Source: Eubacteriales bacterium
GTDB lineage: Bacteria > Bacillota > Clostridia > Oscillospirales > CAG-382
DNA: 64,000 nt
NCBI GenBank assembly: GCA_045535465.1
Contig: JAZSLS010000100.1
Coordinates: 559-64,558 of the forward strand
Direction: 5' to 3'
Shown here: positions 47,629-57,814 of the stretch, one piece after another
How the letters are laid out: each line of letters begins with the position of its first letter
Position numbering within the stretch: the first letter of the stretch is position 1
The notes under the pieces: generated by a model
Database searches by the model: none
Seen by the model: the letters and a program-made list of their open reading frames with translations, nothing else
Told to the model about the DNA's origin: nothing
Position numbers and translations under genes: made by a program

Positions 47629-48861
47629 ATGAAAAAATGTGAAATTCTTTCCCCTGCGGGGGATTTGGAAAAGCTTCAGTTTGCGGTGGCATACGGTGCC
47701 GATGCGGTCTATATGGCTATGAATCGTTTCGGTATGCGTGCCTCTGCGGGCAACTTTGATATGGAAAGCCTTGAGATGGGTCTGGATTTTGCTCACTCTC
47801 ACGGCGCAAAGGTTTACTGCACCCTTAACACTATGCCCCGAGACGTGGAGTTTGAAGGGTTGGAGAAGCTGCTTGACGACTTTGGCTCGGTAGTTCCCGA
47901 CGCTTTTATAGTAAGTGACCCGGGTGTAATAAGCACCGTAAGGGAAAAGCTTCCTTATGCGGAGCTTCATCTTTCCACTCAATGCTCTACGGTCAACAGC
48001 AGGTCCTGCCGCTTTTGGTATGACGCTTTTGGTATAAAGCGTATAGTGCTGGCAAGAGAGCTGACTCTGGAGGAGATAAAAAGAATAAGACAAAGCATTC
48101 CTGCGGATATGGAGATAGAATGCTTTGTACACGGCGCTATGTGTGTTTCCTATTCCGGCAGATGCTTGCTTTCCAACTATGCAACGGGGCGTGATGCAAA
48201 CCGAGGTATGTGCGCTCAGCCCTGCCGTTGGCAGTACAATATGGCAGACGTGAGGGACGGTCTTCCTCTATACAGCGCAGAGCAGACAGAGGAAGGTACC
48301 TATGCCTTTTCATCCAAGGACCTTTGTATGGTGGAGCACGTACCTGCTTTAGTTGAAGCGGGTATAAACAGCTTCAAAATAGAAGGCAGAATGAAAAGCG
48401 CCTACTACACGGCGGCGGTTACCAACGCCTACCGTATGGCGTATGACAGCTATATAAAAGACCCTGCCGGCTTTGTTACCGACCCAATGTGGAAAAAGGA
48501 AACGGAAAGCGTAAGCCACAGGGAATACGATACGGGTTTTTATTTTACACCGCCTCATTTGGCGGCGCAGGTGTGCAGTGCAAACGTGTACATTAACGAT
48601 AGGGCGTATCTTGCTACCGTCAGCGACTATGACGAGGAAACGGGTCTTGCCAAGTGTATCCAGCGGAATAAGTTTTACGTTGGGGACAAGGTGCAGGTGT
48701 TAAGCCCCGGTACTTACGGCAGAGATGCGGTCATTGAAAAGATGTACGACGAAAATATGCAAGAGATAGAAAGCGTTCCACACCCTAAGCAGGTATTTTA
48801 CGTACCGCTTAAGGGCGCTAAGAAGTGGGACATAATAAGATGCGGTGATACAGATGTTTAA
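47629..48861 (+). CDS. peptidase U32 family protein
   Basis: U32 signature region ECFVHGAMCVSYSGRCLLS; 410 aa. Confidence 0.85.
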   Translation: MKKCEILSPAGDLEKLQFAVAYGADAVYMAMNRFGMRASAGNFDMESLEMGLDFAHSHGAKVYCTLNTMPRDVEFEGLEKLLDDFGSVVPDAFIVSDPGVISTVREKLPYAELHLSTQCSTVNSRSCRFWYDAFGIKRIVLARELTLEEIKRIRQSIPADMEIECFVHGAMCVSYSGRCLLSNYATGRDANRGMCAQPCRWQYNMADVRDGLPLYSAEQTEEGTYAFSSKDLCMVEHVPALVEAGINSFKIEGRMKSAYYTAAVTNAYRMAYDSYIKDPAGFVTDPMWKKETESVSHREYDTGFYFTPPHLAAQVCSANVYINDRAYLATVSDYDEETGLAKCIQRNKFYVGDKVQVLSPGTYGRDAVIEKMYDENMQEIESVPHPKQVFYVPLKGAKKWDIIRCGDTDV

Positions 48862-49510
48862 TAAGCTGACAAACAGAATATGCGTTATCTGCGGTCACTA
48901 CGGCTCGGGTAAGACCAACGTGGCGGTTAACTTAGCTAAAGCGGCGGCAAAGGCAGGCAAAAAGGTCTGCATAGCGGATTTTGATGTGGTAAACCCCTAT
49001 TTTCGCACTGCTGATAATAAGGCGGAGCTGTCTGCTTTGGGTATCCGCACCATTATCCCTCAGTACGCTAACACCAACGTGGATATACCGTCCATACCGG
49101 CGGAATTTCAATCGGTTTTTGTAAGCGATGAATTTTGTATTATAGACGTAGGCGGCGACGATGGGGCAATTGCCTTGTCTACCTACCGTGAAAGGTTTGA
49201 AGGCTGTGGCTACGATATGATATACGTTTACAACAAAAGCCGTCCTTTAATAGCTGAAACCGAGGATGCGGTGGAGTCTGTCGAGTATATAAAGGCCGTT
49301 TCGGGTATGCGTATAAACGCTATTATCAACAACACCAATTTAGGTGACGAAACTACGGCGGCAACGGTAGAGGAAGGATACCTTGCCTGTGCCGAGCTGG
49401 CAAAACGCACGTCCTTGCCTATTTTGGCAACCACCGTCTTTAAGGGCGTGGAGGGGGTAAACGTTCCCGACGTGTTTTATATTGAAAACGCTACAAAGCA
49501 GTTGTTTTAA
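48854..49510 (+). CDS. MinD/ParA/CooC-like P-loop NTPase of unknown role
   Basis: Walker A CGHYGSGKTNVAVNLA and Walker B-like CIIDVGGDD. The start is ambiguous (GTG 48845 or ATG 48854); both overlap the end of the U32 gene. Confidence 0.7.
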   Translation: MFNKLTNRICVICGHYGSGKTNVAVNLAKAAAKAGKKVCIADFDVVNPYFRTADNKAELSALGIRTIIPQYANTNVDIPSIPAEFQSVFVSDEFCIIDVGGDDGAIALSTYRERFEGCGYDMIYVYNKSRPLIAETEDAVESVEYIKAVSGMRINAIINNTNLGDETTAATVEEGYLACAELAKRTSLPILATTVFKGVEGVNVPDVFYIENATKQLF

Positions 49511-49546
49511 ATAAAAAATTTTTTAAATAAAGAAAGGAAGCTTAAG

Positions 49547-49765
49547 ATGAACAGGGTAAGCTTTAACACAGACCTTTGTAAGGGCTGCGGCCTTTGCGTA
49601 GGCGCCTGCCCCAGGCATATAGTTGCGCTTAATACCGCAGTTCTTAATGCTAAGGGCTATCATCCTGCACACGTAACCGATATGGCACAGTGTATTGCTT
49701 GTGCTATGTGCGCTACTATGTGTCCGGACGTTGTAATTACAGTAGAGAAAGGAAGTGAGAAATAA
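49547..49765 (+). CDS. 2-oxoacid:ferredoxin oxidoreductase delta subunit (2x[4Fe-4S] ferredoxin)
   Basis: Two cluster motifs, CKGCGLCVGACP and CIACAMCATMCP. Confidence 0.85.
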   Translation: MNRVSFNTDLCKGCGLCVGACPRHIVALNTAVLNAKGYHPAHVTDMAQCIACAMCATMCPDVVITVEKGSEK

Positions 49766-50829
49766 TGGCAGAAAAAATGCTTATGAAGGGCAACGAGGTT
49801 ATCGGTGAAGCCGCTATTCGTGCAGGTTGCCGTTATTTCTTCGGTTATCCCATAACTCCCCAGACCGAGCTTTCCGAATACCTTGCAAAAAAAATGCCCA
49901 AGGTTGGCGGTCTTTGCCTTCAGGCAGAAAGTGAAGTTTCTGCAATCAATATGGTGCTTGGCTGTACCGCTTCCGGCGAACGTGCCTTCACCTCCTCCTC
50001 CTCTCCCGGGGTTAGCCTTAAGAGCGAGGGCGTTTCCTACATAATCGGCTCCGACCTTCCTTGCGTTATCGTTAACGTACAGCGTGGCGGTCCCGGTCTT
50101 GGCGGTATTCAGCCTGCTCAGTCCGACTACCTTCAGGCAACCAAGGCTTTAGGTCACGGCGATATGCACTTTGTTGTTCTTGCACCTGCATACGTTCAGG
50201 AAATTGCAACCCTTATGGGCGAAGCCTTTGATATAGCCGATATCTACCGTACTCCCGTTATGCTTCTTGCAGACGGCGCTCTCGGTCAGATGATGGAGCC
50301 CGTTGACTTTGAGGCAAAGAGAGAAAGAGCTCTTCCCGAAAAGACTTGGGCGGCTTGCGGTCACGGCAATCAGCGCAAGCACAACATAGTAAACTCCCTT
50401 TATATCGACCCCGAAACTCTTGAGAACACCGTTCTCGCCCGTTACGAGAGATATAAGGCAATAGAAGAAAACGAGGTTCAGTACGACGAGTATATGACCG
50501 AGGATGCAGAGATTTGCGTAGTGGCCTACGGCATCACTGCAAGAATAGTTAAAACAGCAGTTAAGGCAGCAAGAGAAATGGGTATAAAGGTTGGTCTTTT
50601 CCGCCCCATTACTTTGTGGCCTTATCCTAAGAAGCAGCTTGCAGAGCTTGCCGATAAGACCGACAAGTTCCTTGTTGTAGAAATGAATATGGGTCAGATG
50701 GTAGATGACGTTAAGGTTGCTACCGGCTGCAAACGCCCCGTAGAGTTCTTTGGCAGAACCGGCGGCGTTATCCCCACACCCGACGAAATCCTTGCTAAGA
50801 TAGTAGAAATGAACGGAGGTGCTAAATAA
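49765..50829 (+). CDS. 2-oxoacid:ferredoxin oxidoreductase alpha subunit (Kor/Vor type)
   Basis: KorA-like N-terminus MKGNEVIGEAAIRAGCRYFFGYPITPQTE. Start overlaps the delta stop codon. Confidence 0.9.
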   Translation: MAEKMLMKGNEVIGEAAIRAGCRYFFGYPITPQTELSEYLAKKMPKVGGLCLQAESEVSAINMVLGCTASGERAFTSSSSPGVSLKSEGVSYIIGSDLPCVIVNVQRGGPGLGGIQPAQSDYLQATKALGHGDMHFVVLAPAYVQEIATLMGEAFDIADIYRTPVMLLADGALGQMMEPVDFEAKRERALPEKTWAACGHGNQRKHNIVNSLYIDPETLENTVLARYERYKAIEENEVQYDEYMTEDAEICVVAYGITARIVKTAVKAAREMGIKVGLFRPITLWPYPKKQLAELADKTDKFLVVEMNMGQMVDDVKVATGCKRPVEFFGRTGGVIPTPDEILAKIVEMNGGAK

Positions 50830-51584
50830 TGGTAGTTTTCGAAAAGCCTAAGGCACTTACAGACGTACCCTTCCACTATTGTCCGGGCTGTACCCACGGT
50901 ATAGTTCACAGACTTGTGGCAGAGGTTCTTGACGAAATGGGCATAGAGGGCGAAACCGTAGGTATCGCTTCCGTTGGCTGTTCCGTTTTCTCCTACAACT
51001 ACTTTGGTTGTGATATGATACAGGCACCTCACGGCAGAGCTCCTGCTGTTGCAACAGGTGTTAAGAGAAGCCATCCCGACAACTTTGTGTTTACCTATCA
51101 GGGCGATGGCGACCTTGCGGCAATCGGTACGGCAGAGACCGTTCACGTTGGTGCAAGAGGTGAAAACATCACCATCATCTTCATCAATAACGCAATTTAC
51201 GGTATGACCGGCGGTCAGATGGCACCTACCACCCTTCTTGGTCAGGTAACCACCACCTCTCCCTACGGCAGAAAGAAGGAAATTCAGGGTAATCCCATCC
51301 GTGTTGCAGAGATGATATCCACTCTTGACGGCGCCGCTTACGTTGAGCGTGTAGCAGTTGACTGTGTTAAGAACGTACGCAATGCAAAGAAGGCTATAAG
51401 AAAGGCGTTTGAAACTCAAAAGAGCAAGAAGGGCCTTAGCCTTATCGAAGTGCTTTCCACCTGTCCCACCAACTGGGGTATGTCTCCCGAAAAGTCTCTT
51501 GAATGGCTTCGTGAGAATATGATGGAGCATTATCCTCTCGGCGTTTATAAGGATATAACAGAGGAGGGCAATAATAATGAGTAA
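50829..51584 (+). CDS. 2-oxoacid:ferredoxin oxidoreductase beta subunit (TPP-binding)
   Basis: CPGCTHG and the TPP motif YQGDGDLAAIG...NNAIYGMTGGQ. Confidence 0.9.
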   Translation: MVVFEKPKALTDVPFHYCPGCTHGIVHRLVAEVLDEMGIEGETVGIASVGCSVFSYNYFGCDMIQAPHGRAPAVATGVKRSHPDNFVFTYQGDGDLAAIGTAETVHVGARGENITIIFINNAIYGMTGGQMAPTTLLGQVTTTSPYGRKKEIQGNPIRVAEMISTLDGAAYVERVAVDCVKNVRNAKKAIRKAFETQKSKKGLSLIEVLSTCPTNWGMSPEKSLEWLRENMMEHYPLGVYKDITEEGNNNE

Positions 51585-52110
51585 CATTTTACTTGCAGGC
51601 TTTGGCGGTCAGGGTATACTTTTTGCAGGTAAGCAGATAGTTCTTGCGGGTATGCGTAACGGTAAATACGTTAGCTGGTTGCCTTCCTACGGTCCCGTAA
51701 TGCGCGGCGGCACCTGTAACTGCAGCGTTATCGTAGAAGATGAGCCCATAGGCAGTCCTCTCGTAACCAAGCCCGACATTCTTTTAGCTTTCAATACTCC
51801 TTCCTTTGACAAGTTTGAAAGTAAGGTAGTAAAGGGCGGTATGATTTTTGTTGACAGCTCTCTTGTAAGCAAAAAGTCTGAAAGAGACGATATTCAGGCC
51901 TTTTACATTCCTGCAACGGAGCTTGCTAACGAAAATGGCCTTACAGGTATGGCTAACGTAATTATGCTTGGTTATATTATTAAAAAGTCAGGGCTTTTCA
52001 CCGAGGATTTCTTTAAGGATTCTCTTACCTCGGGTATCCCTGCATCCAAGGCTCACCTTGCAGAGGTTAACAGCAAGGCACTTGCAATAGGCTTTGGATA
52101 TGAAGGCTGA
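51577..52110 (+). CDS. 2-oxoacid:ferredoxin oxidoreductase gamma subunit
   Basis: LAGFGGQGILFAGK motif; 177 aa. Confidence 0.9.
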   Translation: MSNILLAGFGGQGILFAGKQIVLAGMRNGKYVSWLPSYGPVMRGGTCNCSVIVEDEPIGSPLVTKPDILLAFNTPSFDKFESKVVKGGMIFVDSSLVSKKSERDDIQAFYIPATELANENGLTGMANVIMLGYIIKKSGLFTEDFFKDSLTSGIPASKAHLAEVNSKALAIGFGYEG

Positions 52111-52798
52111 TAAACCGTTTATAACCGCAGTAATAGTGGGTGCCGGAAACGGCACCCGTATGGGCGGTGTTAATAAAGCTCTTATTAAAATAGGCGATAA
52201 AACTGCTTTTCGTATGGTATTGGATGCCTTTGGCGAGGCAGAAAGCATAAGCGAGATAGTGGTTGTTTGCCGTGATGCGGCAGAAATGGAAAAGGCAAGC
52301 GAAGGCTTTAGCGCAAAGCCTTTGCGTTTTACCCTTGGTGGTAAAACCCGTACACAGTCCGTGTTCAACGGTGTTGGGGCTGCAAGCAGAAAATGCGCCT
52401 TTTACTGTATTCACGACTGTGCCCGTCCTTTGGTAACGGCTGAGATAATTGATACCGTGACGGCAGCAGCTATCAAAACGGGCGCTGCCACCGCTTGTAC
52501 ACCCGTAACCGACACTATCAAGTACGTGGACACCGAAAAGGGTACGGTTTATACGCCTACTCGTGCCAATCTTCTTGCCTTGCAAACTCCGCAGGTGTTT
52601 GAAGCAAAGCTTTACACCCTTGCGGCGGCACTTGCCAAGAAGGACGGTTTTATGGCTACCGACGATACCGCAATAGTGGAGCACGCAGGCTTTAAGGTGG
52701 AGTACGTGCAAACGGATAAAAGCAACCTTAAGCTTACCTGCACCGAGGACGTGCTTATAGCACGTTACATCGAACAAAAGCGGAGAAAGGAAAGCTGA
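52100..52798 (+). CDS. ispD: 2-C-methyl-D-erythritol 4-phosphate cytidylyltransferase
   Basis: [10 protein letters not shown] motif. I prefer ATG 52100 over TTG 52094; either overlaps the end of the gamma subunit gene. Confidence 0.9.
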   Translation: MKADKPFITAVIVGAGNGTRMGGVNKALIKIGDKTAFRMVLDAFGEAESISEIVVVCRDAAEMEKASEGFSAKPLRFTLGGKTRTQSVFNGVGAASRKCAFYCIHDCARPLVTAEIIDTVTAAAIKTGAATACTPVTDTIKYVDTEKGTVYTPTRANLLALQTPQVFEAKLYTLAAALAKKDGFMATDDTAIVEHAGFKVEYVQTDKSNLKLTCTEDVLIARYIEQKRRKES

Positions 52799-53271
52799 TG
52801 AGAATAGGTCACGGTTATGACGTTCACGCTCTTACGGAGGGCAGGCTTTTAATAATAGGCGGCGTAGAGATACCCTATGAAAAGGGGCTTTTGGGTCATT
52901 CCGATGCGGATGTGCTTACCCACGCTGTGTGTGACTCTCTTCTCGGTGCAGCCGCTTTGGGGGATATAGGCAAGCATTTTCCCGACAGTGACCCTGCTTA
53001 CAAGGGTATTTCCAGCATAAAGCTCCTTGCTCACGTCGGCTGCCTTCTTAAAGACCACGGCTATACCGTTGTTAACGTTGACAGTACGGTTATAGCTCAG
53101 GCGCCAAAGCTTGCGCCTTATATAAATACTATGCGCCTTAATATGGCAAAAGCTTTATCTGTGGATGTCTCAGCGATAAGCGTAAAGGCAACCACGGAGG
53201 AGCACCTTGGCTTTACCGGCAGGGGAGAGGGAATATCTGCCCACGCCGTATGCCTTATAGAAAAGTTGTAA
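52798..53271 (+). CDS. ispF: 2-C-methyl-D-erythritol 2,4-cyclodiphosphate synthase
   Basis: [10 protein letters not shown] and [11 protein letters not shown] motifs. Confidence 0.95.
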   Translation: MRIGHGYDVHALTEGRLLIIGGVEIPYEKGLLGHSDADVLTHAVCDSLLGAAALGDIGKHFPDSDPAYKGISSIKLLAHVGCLLKDHGYTVVNVDSTVIAQAPKLAPYINTMRLNMAKALSVDVSAISVKATTEEHLGFTGRGEGISAHAVCLIEKL

Positions 53272-53281
53272 AGGAAATAAA

Positions 53282-54559
53282 ATGCTACTACAAAACCGCA
53301 TAATATGTGAAGGTGTAAACCTTACGGTAATACCTACCGACAAATTTAAATCCAACCTTATGATAGTGGAGCTGCGCTGTCCCCTAAGGGCAGAAACCGC
53401 TACCCACTACTCTCTGCTTACCAACGTGCTTAGCCGTTGCTGCAGGGAATATCCAAGCCTTCGCAGCTTTAATATTGCACTTGAGGAAATGTATGCGGCA
53501 GATGTGGATGCTTATGTTTCCAAATCCGGGGAGGTACAGCGCATACGCTTTAAGCTCTCCTGTATAGAAAACGCATATACCTACGATAAGTCGGACGTGC
53601 TTGCAGGCGCTATGCATTTGCTTGGCGCTATGATTTTTGACCCTTTACTTGACGAAAACGGTGCGTTCCCCGACTACGTGGTAGAGTCCGAGAAAAAGAA
53701 TTTAAAAGAAGAAATACAGTCCATAATCGATGACAAGGCTCGATTTGCCATAAGCCGCTTAGTGCGTAATATGTGTAGTGACGAGCCCTATTCCGTTGCC
53801 GTAGCAGGGGATGAGCAGGTGCTGGAGAGTATAGACGGAGCTTCTCTTAAGAAAAGCTACGACTACGTTTTGGCAAACGCTCCCGTGGATATCTATTTTG
53901 TTGGTAATACTCCTGCGGATACGGTTAAAGAATATATAAAAAAGCATCTTCCTTTCACGCCCAGACCTTCTGCCGTGTATCTTACGGACGTAAGAGAGCA
54001 AACAGGTGAGCTTAAGCACGTTAGCGAGAAGGCCGATGCGGTTCAAAGCAGGCTTTGTATGGGCTACCGCACAGGAATAAGCATTCGTGATGAGGATTAT
54101 CCTGCTCTTTTACTTGCCTGTGACGTTTTAGGCTCTCCTTCCGGTAAGCTTTTTATTAACGTAAGAGAAAAGCTTGGGCTTTGCTACTATTGCAGTCCCT
54201 TGCTTGACGGTGTTAAGGGGCTTCTCATAATTTCTGCAGGTATAGATGCCGCAGACCGCAGCAAGGCGGAGGAGGCAATAGCAAAGCAGGTGGAGGAGCT
54301 TAAAAAGGGCAACATAAGCGAAAGCGAGCTTACAGCCGCAAAGGTTTCAGCCGCTACCGCTTATAAGGAGATATACGATAGCCCCGGGGCTATGATTAAT
54401 TGGTTTGCCACCCGTATAGGTATGGGTATTTCCATAACTCCCGAAGAAATGGCGGAAAAGGTTGCCGCCACCACTGCGGAGGATATTGCCGCCGCTGCAA
54501 GCCGTTTAACGGCAGATACTTTCTTTATGCTTGAGGGAGAGGGCGGTGACGAGCTGTGA
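53282..54559 (+). CDS. M16-family peptidase-like protein lacking the HxxEH zinc motif (probable non-catalytic partner)
   Basis: Insulinase-like size and layout, paired with the next gene. No HxxEH in the N-terminal region. Confidence 0.75.
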   Translation: MLLQNRIICEGVNLTVIPTDKFKSNLMIVELRCPLRAETATHYSLLTNVLSRCCREYPSLRSFNIALEEMYAADVDAYVSKSGEVQRIRFKLSCIENAYTYDKSDVLAGAMHLLGAMIFDPLLDENGAFPDYVVESEKKNLKEEIQSIIDDKARFAISRLVRNMCSDEPYSVAVAGDEQVLESIDGASLKKSYDYVLANAPVDIYFVGNTPADTVKEYIKKHLPFTPRPSAVYLTDVREQTGELKHVSEKADAVQSRLCMGYRTGISIRDEDYPALLLACDVLGSPSGKLFINVREKLGLCYYCSPLLDGVKGLLIISAGIDAADRSKAEEAIAKQVEELKKGNISESELTAAKVSAATAYKEIYDSPGAMINWFATRIGMGISITPEEMAEKVAATTAEDIAAAASRLTADTFFMLEGEGGDEL

Positions 54560-55839
54560 GTTATACGGTAAAGATAAATAATGAGATAGGGGAGCAGTAT
54601 ACAAAGTTTAACGTTTGCGGTTTGGATATTTACGTTATCCCCAAAAAGCTGTCTACCACCTATGCGGTTTTGGGCGTAGATTTCGGCTCTGCGGATACCG
54701 AGTTTGAGGTGGACGGAGCTAAGCTGGACGTTCCTGCGGGCATTGCACACTTTCTGGAGCATAAAATGTTTGAAAACGAGGACGGTACCGATGCTTTTGA
54801 GCAGTTTTCCGTTCTTGGTGCCAATGCAAACGCTTTTACAGCCGCCTCCAAAACCTGCTATATGTTTTCCTGTACGGAAAATTTTAAGCAGTCGCTTGCG
54901 CTCCTTCTAAAGGTAGTGACCTGTCCTCATTTTACGGATAGCTCCGTAGAAAAGGAAAGGGCGATAATAAACAAAGAAATAAGAATGTATATGGACGACC
55001 CGTACTGGAAGATGTATTTCGGTCTGTTGGACGCTATGTATCATAACGCCACCATCCGCACCGACCCTGCAGGTACGGAGGAGTCTATTGCAGATATAAC
55101 TCCCGAGCTGCTTTATAAGTGCCATCGTGCCTTTTATAAAGGGGATAATATGGCGCTTTGCGTTTGCGGCGACGTAGATGCGGATACGGTAAGGGAAGTG
55201 GCGGAGTCTGCTTTATCGGAGCTTCCCATAGGTGTACCCGAGCGTGTTCAGGAAAACGAACCCGCAGAGATACGAGCAGACAGGGCAGAGGCGCAAATGG
55301 ATATAGCAGTGCCGTTGTTTTCCATAGGCATAAAGTGCCCTAACCTTGAAACGGGTACAGAGCGTATCCTTGCAGGGGCTGAGCACGAGATAATACTGCA
55401 AATGATATTTGGCAAAAGCGGCAGGTTTTATAACGAGTGCTATGAAAACGGCACTCTCGGCGACCGTTTTTCCGCAGGCTTCAGCTCGGAAAGAGGTACC
55501 TCCTTCGTTATGCTGTGCGGTTCCTCCCTAAGCCCTAACGAGGTTTACGACCGTGCAGTCAAGGAGATAGAGCTATGCCGTAAGGAGTTTTGCTCCAAGG
55601 CGGAGTTTGAACGTGCCAAAAGAGTGTGCTACTCCACTGCTCTTGACGTTTACAACAGCACCGAGGAGATAGCAAACGCCTTTCTTGGCTTTGTGTTTGA
55701 CGGCTGCGACCTGCTTGATTATACGGATATGCTCAGAAACGCTGATTACGAAAGCGTGAAGAGACGTTTTATGAGTGAATATTTAACGGAGCGCACTGCG
55801 TTTTCCGTAGTTTGCCCAAAGGAGGATAAAAATGTCTGA
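54556..55839 (+). CDS. M16-family zinc peptidase (insulinase-like)
   Basis: GTG start overlapping the upstream stop codon. Inverted zinc motif HFLEH in GIAHFLEHKMF. Confidence 0.85.
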   Translation: MSYTVKINNEIGEQYTKFNVCGLDIYVIPKKLSTTYAVLGVDFGSADTEFEVDGAKLDVPAGIAHFLEHKMFENEDGTDAFEQFSVLGANANAFTAASKTCYMFSCTENFKQSLALLLKVVTCPHFTDSSVEKERAIINKEIRMYMDDPYWKMYFGLLDAMYHNATIRTDPAGTEESIADITPELLYKCHRAFYKGDNMALCVCGDVDADTVREVAESALSELPIGVPERVQENEPAEIRADRAEAQMDIAVPLFSIGIKCPNLETGTERILAGAEHEIILQMIFGKSGRFYNECYENGTLGDRFSAGFSSERGTSFVMLCGSSLSPNEVYDRAVKEIELCRKEFCSKAEFERAKRVCYSTALDVYNSTEEIANAFLGFVFDGCDLLDYTDMLRNADYESVKRRFMSEYLTERTAFSVVCPKEDKNV

Positions 55840-56806
55840 CGGTATTTTTGTTTCCTTCCCCGGCTTGGGGATAGATGAATTTAAAATTAAATCGGTTGCC
55901 GTAGAAAACCTTTTTGGCGTGGATGCTTTGGATATCCGTTGGTACGCCATTATTATCTGCACAGGCATCATCCTTGCTTTTTTGTACTTTTTTAACCGTG
56001 CAAAGCGTACGGAATTGCTTGTAGAAGATGACGTGCTTAACGCCACCCTTATTGCCGTTCCCTTGGGGATAGTAGGCGCAAGGTTTTTGTACGTAATTAC
56101 CAATCTTGATGACTACGACACTTTTCTTGAGATGATAAACATTCGTGAGGGCGGAATAGCCATTTACGGCGGTATTATCTTTGGAGCCTTGGCTCTTTGG
56201 GGCTACACTAAGTTTAAAAAGCTAAAAACCCTTAAGTTTTTTGATGCCATTTGCCCCGGTGTAATGATAGGTCAGCTTATAGGCAGATGGGGCAACTTTA
56301 CCAACGGCGAAGCCTACGGTATAGGCTACGGCGTGGAAAAGCTTCCTTGGCGTATGACTGTTCAGCATTGGAATATGGTTGGAGATGAAATTGTACCAAA
56401 GGCGCAAAAGTATATCACTCACCCTACCTTCTTGTACGAATCTCTTTGGAATCTTTTGGGCTTTGTAATAGCAAACGTTCTTTACAAAAAGAAAAAGTTT
56501 GACGGTCAGATATTCCTTTTCTACGTAGCGTGGTACGGCTTGGGCAGAGGCTTTATTGAATTTCTCAGAGAAGACAGCCTTCTTGTTTTCGGTCAAAAGC
56601 TTATGGTTTACCTGGGCTTTATCACCTGTGCGGCGGCAATAATCGTTTACGTTTTGCTTCTTCGCCGCAGTAAGACGGAAAAAGAAAGTGTCGAAGAGTT
56701 TTTAAAGGCAAAGGGCGTGGTGACCGAAACAGGTGATGCATCCACCGGTGATGACGCTATCGAAAAAACAGAAAGCTCTGCGGAGGTTGAAAATGACAAT
56801 ACTTGA
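55832..56806 (+). CDS. lgt: prolipoprotein diacylglyceryl transferase
   Basis: Polytopic membrane protein. Lgt signature GRWGNFTNGEAYG. Acidic C-terminal tail. Confidence 0.9.
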   Translation: MSDGIFVSFPGLGIDEFKIKSVAVENLFGVDALDIRWYAIIICTGIILAFLYFFNRAKRTELLVEDDVLNATLIAVPLGIVGARFLYVITNLDDYDTFLEMINIREGGIAIYGGIIFGALALWGYTKFKKLKTLKFFDAICPGVMIGQLIGRWGNFTNGEAYGIGYGVEKLPWRMTVQHWNMVGDEIVPKAQKYITHPTFLYESLWNLLGFVIANVLYKKKKFDGQIFLFYVAWYGLGRGFIEFLREDSLLVFGQKLMVYLGFITCAAAIIVYVLLLRRSKTEKESVEEFLKAKGVVTETGDASTGDDAIEKTESSAEVENDNT

Positions 56807-57638
56807 CGGGAAAGCTTTAGCAGCAAAAATAAGAAGTGAAGTAGCGGTAAAAACCGCTTCCTTTGCGGCGGAGGGCAAAAGGCAGCCCTGCCTTGCGGTT
56901 ATACTTGTAGGCGCAGACCCTGCATCCCAAATATACGTACGCAACAAGCATAACGACTGTATTACCACCGGCATAAAAAGCCTTATGCATACCCTGCCTG
57001 CGGAAACTACCGAGGAGGAGCTTCTTTCCTTGATAGACGGTCTTAACGAGGACGACAGCGTAGACGGAATATTGGTACAGCTTCCGCTTCCTCGTCATCT
57101 TAACGAAACCAAGGTTACCGAGCGTATTCGTGCCGATAAGGACGTGGATGCCTTCAGTGCATACAACGTGGGCAAGATAACGCTTGGCAGAGATGCGTTT
57201 AAACCCTGTACACCTTCGGGCGTTATGCGTATCCTTGAGGAATACGGCATAGAGATAAGCGGCAAGGAGTGTGTTGTGGTTGGCAGAAGCAATATTGTAG
57301 GCAAGCCTATGGCGCTGCTTTTGCTTGCGGCAGGCGGCACTGTTACCGTTTGCCATACCAAAACCGCCGACCTTGCTTTTCACACCCGCCGTGCCGATAT
57401 AATAGTTGCCGCCGCAGGTAAAGCAAAGCTTATAACGGGCGATATGATAAAAGAGGGTGCAGTTGTAATTGATGTGGGTATGAACCGTTGTGACGGTGTT
57501 TTGTGCGGCGACGTGGATTACGAGCCCTGTGCTGCAAAGGCGTCCTACATAACTCCCGTACCCGGCGGTGTAGGCCCTATGACAAGAGCAATGCTTTTGG
57601 AAAACACTCTTACCGCATACGAAAATCACACTAAATAA
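56793..57638 (+). CDS. folD: bifunctional methylenetetrahydrofolate dehydrogenase/methenyltetrahydrofolate cyclohydrolase
   Basis: I place the start at ATG 56793 (GGAGG RBS): MTILDGKALAAKIR. Motifs VVGRSNIVGKP and PVPGGVGPMT. Overlaps the lgt 3' end by 14 nt. Confidence 0.93.
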   Translation: MTILDGKALAAKIRSEVAVKTASFAAEGKRQPCLAVILVGADPASQIYVRNKHNDCITTGIKSLMHTLPAETTEEELLSLIDGLNEDDSVDGILVQLPLPRHLNETKVTERIRADKDVDAFSAYNVGKITLGRDAFKPCTPSGVMRILEEYGIEISGKECVVVGRSNIVGKPMALLLLAAGGTVTVCHTKTADLAFHTRRADIIVAAAGKAKLITGDMIKEGAVVIDVGMNRCDGVLCGDVDYEPCAAKASYITPVPGGVGPMTRAMLLENTLTAYENHTK

Positions 57639-57642
57639 GGCA

Positions 57643-57679
57643 GATTCCGCAAAGTGATAAGACTTTGCGGAATTTTTTT
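57643..57679 (+). terminator. rho-independent terminator after folD
   Basis: ATTCCGCAAAG-TGATAAGA-CTTTGCGGAAT followed by TTTTTTT. Confidence 0.85.
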
Positions 57680-57814
57680 GTCCTTTGTTTACCAAAAAAA
57701 GCAAAAAATCTATTGCAATATTATGATAATTGTGATAACTTATATAGTAGGAAAAAATAGCGGGCACACGCCGCTAAAAAACGAGTATTTAATTACACGA
57801 AAGGACTGATATTT

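Noticed and set aside
46798-48132. 444-aa minus-strand ORF
   Set aside because: Antisense to mltG and the U32 peptidase, with no recognisable domain. The + strand genes carry clear family motifs.
50694-51587. 297-aa minus-strand ORF
   Set aside because: Antisense to the TPP-binding beta subunit of the oxidoreductase.
56817-57767. 316-aa minus-strand ORF
   Set aside because: Antisense to folD.
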